Shown here piece after piece: positions 14,001 to 23,048 of a stretch of 64,000 nucleotides of DNA; position 1 is the stretch's first letter, and every line of letters starts with the position of its first letter. Under the pieces are notes generated by a model. It did not search any database. It had not been told where the DNA came from and saw only the letters and a list, made by a program, of their open reading frames with translations. The DNA is taken from contig OZ024741.1 of assembly GCA_964016885.1 (NCBI GenBank), forward strand, positions 150,102,001 to 150,166,000. Direction: 5' to 3'. A program made the translations under genes and the position numbers. Origin of the DNA: Eledone cirrhosa (lineage: Eukaryota).

Positions 14001-15491
14001 CTCGTTTGGTTTGCGCGAGGAATGCCGAAATGGTACCCGTCTATTCCGTATGCAAAAAGAAGGGGATACTGCAGGGCGTTGTATGAACGATGCGTCTCAT
14101 TAATACGTCGAAGACCACTGTCACAACTTTGAAGAACTATGTCTCGCTTATTTTGCTGTTCACCATGGATAACTACGGCCACTTCATTGTACGAAGGAGC
14201 GTTATAACGGCGTGCGTGCTCCCCAGAAGGTCTTTTGTCAGCATCGATGACAATGGTGAAGTTTGGTGAAGGGTTTATTTCCAATGCGTATTTAAAACTG
14301 CGAATATAACTGTTGTGCTCATGAAGCATGTTTTGAAGACCGAGCAGCACGTCCCTTTCAAAAGTGTCAGCGTCAGTGTTTGCAGGTGTTGGAATAACGC
14401 CGAACTGTGCATCAACTTGCCTACTGTAGTTAGAAATGAAGTAAATTCGAAGGAACGAAGGCTTGCAGTTTTGTAGTGGCTGGAGCGACCCAATAAGATG
14501 GTACACCTCCTGGACCTTGAACCTTGAAAGTAGGCATCCAACCACTTTCTCTGACAACATTAGCCTCGAAAGAAGTCATTTGAAACGCACAATTGTACTT
14601 CCTGATGAGTTGAAGGAATTTGGATGACCTTGAGGTAGAACTAGTAAGTAGTTCCTTCAAAGGCTCTGGCGGTTCCCCAAGAGGGGGAAAGCTGACCTTA
14701 CCGTTTAAGCAGCACATTGCAGGTGGCTCCACAGCCCACATTTTAGCATTGCAGAATTTGCAATTGAAGCGCATTTCCCCTATATTTATGTCGGCACGCA
14801 TCGAGTAGTTAACGTTGAGCTCATACTTGAAAGCCCGTAGGTGCCAATATGGGCTGTTGGGGCTCGTCACACCGCGGGCAGCTTCTTGTCGTCGACTGTT
14901 CCGCTCCAACGTAGAATGTTGCTCCTGTGGGTCGTGGGAAGCTCTCGCAGCAGTAACAGAAGCCACCCTTGCAATCCTAATGGAGCGCCCGTCTGCATCT
15001 TCAGAAGCCATGGAAGCAGTCATAGTCGCAGCGTTCCTAGCAAGGCGATTCGTCCGCCGTTCCAAACCTTCCGAAGCCCTGGAAGCAGCAGTAGCCGCAG
15101 CGTTTCTAGTCAGTCGAGCTGCCATTTGTTCCGGGCCCTCTGAAGCCCTGGAAGCAGCAGTAGCAGCAGCGTCTCTAGCCAGGCGAGTCGACCTTTGTTT
15201 GGGGCCCTCTGAAGCCCTGGAAGCAGCAGTAGAAGCGTTTTTTTTGGAATGACGTATCGCCCGCTTTGAATCGCACATCGCAGCACGTCTCGAGGCGTCG
15301 TATGAAGCCATCTTGATTAGGCGTGCGGTGCGTTGTTGAAAACTTTCAGCAGCTCTGCATTCCGCTGAACGTAAGGCGCTCTGTGAAAGTCTTAAAGCAG
15401 TTTCCTCGGGGGACTCGTTTTCTGTAATCGCCCTCTGCGCCGCCGCTGACGCGGTATGGCGACCGAGGCGACTTCTCTTTTTAGGTGGCAT
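11013..15491 (-). pseudogene. Helitron RepHel transposase (HUH Rep + Pif1-like helicase), multiply frameshifted
   Basis: MPPKKR start; zinc motif CKFC...CCLNGKV; Rep FITFTCNPKW, VEWQKRGLPHAHILVW, KYICKYVNKG; helicase DECTM, GDFRQ, QFPVRPCFAMSINK. Confidence 0.95.
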
Positions 15492-15600
15492 TTTATGTGA
15501 AAAAGAAAGGGTGAAAGTTACTTCTACAGCAAAATTACCTTTGAAAGTATAAGGCTGAAAACTGTCGGCGTTCCGCAGGGTGAAAAATGGGAGAACGAAG

Positions 15601-16339
15601 GGCAAATAAATAACTCACAGTTTGTTGAAAGCGCGCTTCTGTCAGCAATTTGAAGTTGTTTGGCCAAAAATCCCTATGTGGTTTTACTTTTCACTCAATA
15701 AACGTGTAAATATGTTATACACAAAATGTAATTGTGTGTGAGTTGGATGATAGATGTTTTAAAAAAAGATTTTAAGCGTATATAAAAGAAGGTTGCAGCA
15801 TGTATTTTCTTTTCGATTTTTAAGGGGAGTAGAGAGAGGGAATCAGATTGTCTTAGAGGGGTAAAGCGTCATGTATTTAGTTTTATCGATCATTTCCGTA
15901 ATTGTGGGTGATTTTGAAATAAATAAATAGTCGTTGACCTAAGTTAGACCATTTACAACATTCTTACAGAGGCAAATAAATAACTCACAGCTTGTTGAAA
16001 GCGCACTTCTGTCAGCAATGTGAAGTTGTTTGGCTAAAAATCCCTATGTGGTTTTTTTTTCACTCAATAAACGTGTAAATATGTTATACACAAAATGTAA
16101 TTGTGTGTGAGTTGGATGATAGATGTTTTAAAAAAAGATTTTAAGCGTATATAAAAGAAGGTTGCAGCATGTATTTTCTTTTCGATTTTTAAGGGGAGTA
16201 GAGAGAGTAAATCAGATTGTCTTAGAGGGGTAAAGCGTCATGTATTTAGTTTTATCGATTATTTCCATAATTGTAGGTGATTTTGAAAGAAAGAAATAGT
16301 TGTTGGCCTTAGTTAGACCATTTACAACATTCTTACAGA
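15601..16339. repeat. ~370-bp tandem duplication in the Helitron 5' non-coding region
   Basis: ggcaaataaataactcacag...ttacaacattcttacaga starts at 15601 and at 15971. Confidence 0.9.
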
Positions 16340-16434
16340 CTTTGAGTTGAATCCGTTTGAAATTGTGCAGATGTATAAACATGGAACATGCACACACACA
16401 CACACAACAACAACAATCTGCCTTTTATAGATAA

Positions 16435-16605
<171 letters not shown>

Positions 16606-17429
16606 TTGGCTTGAGTATTGGGCTAGTACTTTATTTATGGATTAAAGGCCTCAGTTGACCTCAGCGAATGTGAACTCTCTGCAGAGAGCGCAGAGCTGGA
16701 ATCATTATTGCATTTGACAACGTGTTTTTTTTAATGAAGATTCGTGTATGTTGAGGTGTTCTTTAATGCGGCTGTAGAGTGGTCGAATCGTACTACCAAT
16801 GTACAGTCAGGGTTGAAACCAGAGAGAGAAATGTGAGCAACTTGAGGATAAAGGAACCACCGCTTATACTTAAGCTCAACCCACAGATCAACCACAGGTG
16901 GTTAAAACTCAGCACACAATACTTGACATAAAAGGTCACACCCACACGCACACATACACACGCAACTAAACGCAACGATTAACACAAGCAATTTACTTCA
17001 ATTTGATTCTAGATATGGCAATTGACGTCATCCTCCGGCTTCTCCTGGATACTGCAGCACTTGAAAGTAATTTTTTAATTTTAGATTTTAAAACAAATAT
17101 CAAAGCGACAAGAATGTTTTACTCTGAGAGTTCCTCATACTCAGAGGAAGGGATTTTTAAGCCCTCAAACTATTAGGAAAGAACAATAAATATCAGGTAA
17201 CACACAAGCATCTTCGTTGTAGTCTTAAACTTAATTTTAAATCCATTGCGTATTGTTTTATCTTTTTTAAAACAAATACTTTTCTACATTATATATATAT
17301 ATATATATATAAATATATATAATTATAAATGTAAGCTATCGCCGTATTTTAACTAAAGAAATTAAAGAAAATTATTTAGCCTGATAGTGGGGTTAAGAAC
17401 CCTCGGAGAAATTGAAAAAAGATGAGTAT

Positions 17430-17497
17430 TGACGTACATGGGAGTCGAACCCACATCTTTGGTTATCCAGACCACTGTGCTACCATTACACCAACAC
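17430..17497 (-). pseudogene. tRNA-like sequence (pseudo-tRNA or SINE head) with truncated acceptor stem
   Basis: Minus: GGTGTAATGGTAGCAC (A box/D arm), TGGT-CTGGATA-ACCA anticodon arm, GTGGG-TTCGACT-CCCAT T arm. Confidence 0.6.
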
Positions 17498-17507
17498 ATG
17501 ATGTGTT

Positions 17508-17575
17508 GGTGTCCCAAAAATGTATACACACTTCAACAGCATTTTAATGAATATGTGTATACAATTTTTGGGGAC

Positions 17576-17582
<7 letters not shown>
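17508..17582. mobile_element. Tiny Tc1/mariner-like MITE remnant
   Basis: TIRs GGTGTCCCAAAAATGTATACACA / TGTGTATACAATTTTTGGGGACACCC next to TA. Confidence 0.55.
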
Positions 17583-17616
<34 letters not shown>

Positions 17617-17799
17617 GGACATAGAGAGAGGGAGAGAGAGAGAGCCAGTGGGATAAATGATATATATACTGCTGTATATAAAGGATGATATTGTGTTTGA
17701 TAGTCGACATGATGTCCACCTTAACGATAAGTGTTCACAGCTGAGACTTTTCAAGACAATATATTTTATACACAATATACATAATATACTGACAATCGA

Positions 17800-17878
17800 A
17801 TATAGAACATAGAATACAGAACATAGAATACAGAACATAGAATACAGAACATAGATTACAGAACATAGATTACAGAAT
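17800..17878. repeat. 14-bp minisatellite (ATAGAATACAGAAC)n
   Basis: About five copies, direct reading. Confidence 0.85.
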
Positions 17879-17958
17879 ATCTGACAACACTACAACGGAG
17901 ACATATTAAAGTAAATATAGAGCTCTGAGTGGGTATTTATGTAGGACTTCATTCCATG

Positions 17959-18054
<96 letters not shown>

Positions 18055-18260
18055 TATATATATGTGTGTGTGGTGTGTGTGGTGTGTGTGCGTGTGTGGT
18101 GTGTGTATGTGTGGTGTGGCGTGTGTAGTGTGGTGTGTGTAATGTGGGGTGTGTGTGTATTTGTGTGTGTTTGGGTGCATGGATTTATAAAATCTTATAT
18201 ACGCCAGAAGAATAAAATTACTTCATCTTTTGCTTTTGTTATTTTTGCATTATGCCATAA

Positions 18261-18370
18261 GGCGTAGTGGTTAGAGAATTGGATTCACAATCTTGAGGTT
18301 GTGTTTTCGATTCTTGGACCGGACGATGCGTTATGTCCTTGAGCAAGACACTTTATTTCACATTGCTCCT
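18261..18370 (+). mobile_element. tRNA-derived SINE fragment
   Basis: GGCGTAGTGGTTAGAG A box, TTCGATTC B box, then GTCCTTGAGCAAGACACTTTA. Confidence 0.7.
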
Positions 18371-18745
18371 TCTACCTGGAGTTGCGACCGATAGATAGTA
18401 CTAGCAACTGGAAAGACCGACGAAAACATTGTTTACTCGGTCCGATTTGACGAAAGTCGATCGATATATACATATATTCAATTATAATATACGGCTCGGA
18501 AAAATCTCTTTTCTAGAGCTATTTTATTGTAAGAGACTATTTTGAGTTTCTAATTCAATATATACCTTTGATATATTCGGCTCCGTTAATTTGTCGAGCT
18601 AATTTAAATGTCGAGTAAACTTGGCTGCTATTTTTAGTGGTGTGAGTTTGTGAGACACGCTAAGTTCGGATACCATGTGCGTTATTATATATACGCACAC
18701 TATTCAGTTTTCTGATATACTTAGAAGTGAGGAACTTACTAATTT

Positions 18746-18826
18746 GTCACCCACTGATGAGCAAGAATTGTAATCCTCTTCACAATTAATTTGCGAAACA
18801 GCATCGCCAAACGCTGTCTGGGTGAT
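18746..18826 (+). ncRNA. Full type I hammerhead ribozyme with stable stem III
   Basis: GTCACCCA-CTGATGA-GCAA...TTGC-GAAA-CAGC(ATCGCCAAAC)GCTG-TC-TGGGTGAT; all core nucleotides canonical; predicted cleavage after C18818. Confidence 0.92.
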
Positions 18827-18997
18827 TGGTAGTTACCACAATTCCGGTTTGTATTTATTTTCTTGATTTATTCTTAAATTGGGTCTGGCAAACCCTATTG
18901 TCCATAGTTAGTACTTTTTTCCCCTTAGCGAATCTGGTCCCTTACAATTTGAACACATATATGTATATATCTATGTTTATCTCTCTTTTATATTCAA

Positions 18998-19611
18998 CTA
19001 GCAGTGGTACCCGGCGTTGCACGGGATAAGGTATTTTGGAACGCGGGCCACCAACAGACCTAATCGTGGAAAAACTGCATGCTGGACAATATGTTAAGAA
19101 AATAAACCGAATACTCTGATGGCTGGATAATCTTTAAGATTTTCCTCGATGAAGCAGGAAAAATGCAGGTTTTCACCTAATGCGGGCCCTAGGGGATCAA
19201 GAAAATTAATTTATTTTATGTGCATAATATGCCTTGAAATTTCGGGAAAATCGGCTAGACGTAACGCCTCAAAAAAGCCCTAAAAAGATGAAAATATGAA
19301 GTTTTTCACCTAATACCGGCCCTAGGCCATAAAAAAGTTGGATTTTCTTTGCTCACGGTATAAAGAAGAGACTGACTAATACATAGTTACAATTTCAAGG
19401 AAATTGGTCTGACGTAACGCCTCAAAAAACCCCTAAAAAGCTGAAAAAAACGCAGTTTTTCACCTAATGCCGGCCCCAGGGGATCAACAAGTTGAATTTA
19501 TGTGCATAACACTCCCTGAAACATAAGTAATACACATGTAAAGTATGAAAAAAATCGGATGGGTACTTCTCGAGTTTTAGGGATTCAAACTCACAGACAC
19601 ACACACGCACG

Positions 19612-19706
<95 letters not shown>

Positions 19707-19752
19707 CCCCCACACACACACAGATAGACATCCTCAGTTTTATATATATAGA
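18998..19752 (-). mobile_element. Non-autonomous Helitron
   Basis: Minus 5' TCTATATATATAAAACTG, (TG)n, three internal subrepeats (ttttcacctaat.c.g.ccc.agg), 3' CCCGTGCAACGCCGGG hairpin + CTAG. Confidence 0.85.
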
Positions 19753-20287
19753 CTAGCAGAAAACCACCCAGCGGGAGGTTTTCTGCTAGCAAATCTAGTG
19801 TATATACTGATATTGTTGAGATTTGGATGAGAAATGTTTTCGGCACCACATGTTCACCGTCTCTCGCATGTATAAATATATATGTTGTCTATACGGTGAA
19901 ATCTTTGAAATAAATATATGTTAAAACGAAAAAGGAGAAAAAAAGATTAGTGACGGAAATATAAACGTTATGATACATAAACGTTATGATATAACGATGG
20001 AAATATATCTTCAAATGGTCCTTGGCATGGTGTCAAGTCAGAACCGCCTCGAACTGGTTACTTCTGGCTTGTGCAAGGTGTCTCTATAGCAACCAACGAT
20101 TCCCTCGGCCTCAGTGACCAAAGTCAGTGGAGAGGGGAAGGTAATGTTTCTATAGCGACAGTGTTTCTCTTGGTAGTACCAAAGTGGAGAAAGGAAGGGG
20201 AAGGTAATATTTCTGTAGCACCTACATTTGAGTTTTAGGGAAGGACAGACAGACAGACAGACAAACAGAGAAATGCCCATATATTTC

Positions 20288-20329
<42 letters not shown>

Positions 20330-20336
<7 letters not shown>

Positions 20337-20682
20337 GTGAGGTTTTTTTTACAAAATGAAAAATAACCGAGGTGTCCTACACGAGTGGAAGTATAAAGAA
20401 AAAGAGATGAAATCGAAAATGCAACTGAAGTCTTATTTTTTTAAAAAATATATATATTTATTTGGTTCCTTTACCGGTTTCGCAATTCTTCTGCTTTTCA
20501 AAAGGTGAGTTGAGATGGAGGGTCTGTGGTTTTTCTCACATGTGAGAAAAACCACAGACCCTCCATCTCAACTCACCTTTTGAAAAGCAGAAGAACTGCG
20601 AAACCGGTAAAGGAACCAAATAAATATATATATTTAAAAAAAAAATAAGACTTCAGTTGCATTTTCGATTTCATCTCTTTTT

Positions 20683-20688
<6 letters not shown>
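20330..20688. mobile_element. Palindromic hammerhead-like repeat module
   Basis: ~148-bp arms 20392-20540/20541-20688 with no loop (CACA|TGTG). Each arm has CCTT-TTGAAAA-GCAG..CTGC-GAAA-CCGG-TA-AAGG (core mutated). Flanked by (TA)n. Confidence 0.8.
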
Positions 20689-20753
<65 letters not shown>

Positions 20754-20949
20754 CACACACAGAAATGTATATACATTTCTGTGTGTATATATATATATAT
20801 ATTACACACACAGAAATGTATATATATTTCTTAGAACAAAATTATTATTAATGTTTTGCTGTTCATAACAATTGGAATTGAAAAATTATTTTTGAAATTA
20901 TTAGTTATTTTACTAATGCTTAGATATGTAAAAATGAAGCAATGTTTCT

Positions 20950-21142
20950 AATAATTGTTTCTACTTTTGGCACAAGGCCAGCAAATACCCAGAACATTAC
21001 TGGTACTTTATTTTATCGACCTCGTGAGGATGAAAGGCAAAGTTAACCTCGGCGGTATTTGAACTCAGACCGTAAAGGGACGTAACTCCATGTTATGAAG
21101 CATGGTGTCCGACTCTCTACAGATTCTGCCAATCCACCGTCC
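20950..21142 (-). mobile_element. Octopus-type tRNA-derived SINE
   Basis: Reverse complement of GGTGGATTGGCAGAATC...TCTGAGTTCAAATACCGCCGAGGTTAACTTTGCCTTTCATCC...GTCGATAAAATAAAGTACCAG; same family as 26263 and 53930. Confidence 0.85.
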
Positions 21143-21149
21143 TAATGTC

Positions 21150-21990
21150 TGTACGTAATGAGGGAGTGAGAGGGGAGAGAAAGAAAGGCAGAGGTGAAGT
21201 GACGAAGTGACTCTCTCCTCCTCCTCCTCCTCCTCCTCCTCCATCTCCCCATTCGTAACAGTGATAGAGGGGAGGAATGTTAGTGTGTTACAAAGAGAAA
21301 GAGTGAGAGTGAGAGAAACAGGCAGACTAAAAGAGAGGGATAGCTGGAGAGAGAGAGAGATAGCAACCACGCGCGCACGTGTTTCCACTGTCGGACAGTC
21401 AGACAGAGAAATTGCTGGTTATATATTATAAGGAGACTAGCAGAAAACCACTCGAAGGCGGTTTTCTGCTAGTCTATATATCTAAAACATAGAATGTCTG
21501 TCTGTCTGTCAGCTCACTAAAACTTGAGAACCATCCAACCGATTGTTTTCAAACTTTAGACATGTAATACTTATGGTCCTGTGAGTGTTTTGAGCAAAAA
21601 TTATTTCAAATTTTCAATGCCCTAGGGACCGCATTAGGCGATTTAGCGTTCTCTCTATATAATTCTTAGTCTTTCTTTTTAGATAGATACATAGATATAA
21701 CGTTGCGCCCTTATAATATCTGTCTGTATGTCTGCTGTCTGCATTACGTCATTATGACGCGCTCAGCGCGATTCCCTCGGCCTCAGTGACCAAAGTCAGT
21801 GGAGAGGGGGAAGGTAATGTTTCTGTAGCACGTGTTTTAGCGTCTATTCACTCTCTCTCTCCCTCTCTACCTCCCGCTATCCCCTCTCGTAGTCTGTCTC
21901 TTTCTTTCACTCTCACTCTCTCTCTACGCACGTGTTTCCACTGTCGGACAGACAGACAGAGAAATTGCTGGTTATATATATAAGTAGATT
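21150..21990. mobile_element. Cluster of non-autonomous Helitron-like fragments
   Basis: Shared blocks 20097-20150/21769-21825 and 21376-21428/21928-21980; TC-start plus (GTCT)n heads at 21436 (minus) and 21473 (plus). Confidence 0.55.
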
Positions 21991-22134
21991 ATAATATACG
22001 GCTCGGAAAAATCTCTTTCCTTGAGTTATTTTATTGTAAGCGACTATTTTGAGTTTCTAACTCAATATATACCTTTGACACATATATATATATATATGTG
22101 TGAGAAAAACCACAGACCCTCCATCTCAACTCTA

Positions 22135-22170
22135 CTTTTGAAGAGCGGAAGAGCTGCGAAACCGGTAAAG
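22135..22170 (+). ncRNA. Minimal hammerhead, UUGAAGA core variant
   Basis: CTT-TTGAAGA-GCGG(AAGAG)CTGC-GAAA-CCGG-TA-AAG; same family as the 9.7 kb and 20.4 kb modules. Confidence 0.6.
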
Positions 22171-22259
22171 GAACCAAATAAATATATATATATATATTTT
22201 ATAATATATATATTTAAAAAAAATAAGACTCCAGTTGCATTTTCGATTTCATCTTTTTT

Positions 22260-22329
<70 letters not shown>

Positions 22330-22357
22330 GTATATGTATGTATGTATATATATATAT

Positions 22358-22469
<112 letters not shown>

Positions 22470-23048
22470 CTATGAAAATATGCGTACATGTTTGCATACG
22501 TGAAGAATTAAAAAAGTGAAACGGAACAAAAGTAATAAAGGAAAAAGAAAAGCGAACGAAACCTATAAAGAGATAAATTATTAAACACGCGCATATTATA
22601 AAACAAAATCCGGAAGCTCGAAATGATAGTTTTCATTCAACTTCCGCTTCCAACTGTTTCCGATTTTAATTCTCTTCAACAAAGTGTTAGAAATATCGAA
22701 ATTATAGTCACAATTTAATTCATTGAATTATTGATAGTGTAAAAACAAAACCAAAATAAATACAGACAAAAACGTAACAAAAGGGGAAAAGAAATCATTC
22801 AATTACTCTCAATGGGTTTATCCGCAAGGAGAGATTGAAATCGTGATGTCGTTGTCAACTTTTTCACTTCTTTTTCCTTCCTTCTAAAATTTATGATTTT
22901 GAATATGGGGAAAAAAACCTCCCAGAAACAATATCCAACCTTACAAATAACGTGTTGCGTTCGTTGTTATGGTTGACGTACTTGTTGGTGTTATTGTTGG
23001 TATTGTAGTTTTGGGTGGTGATTTTGTTAATTGTATTGTTGTAGTTGT

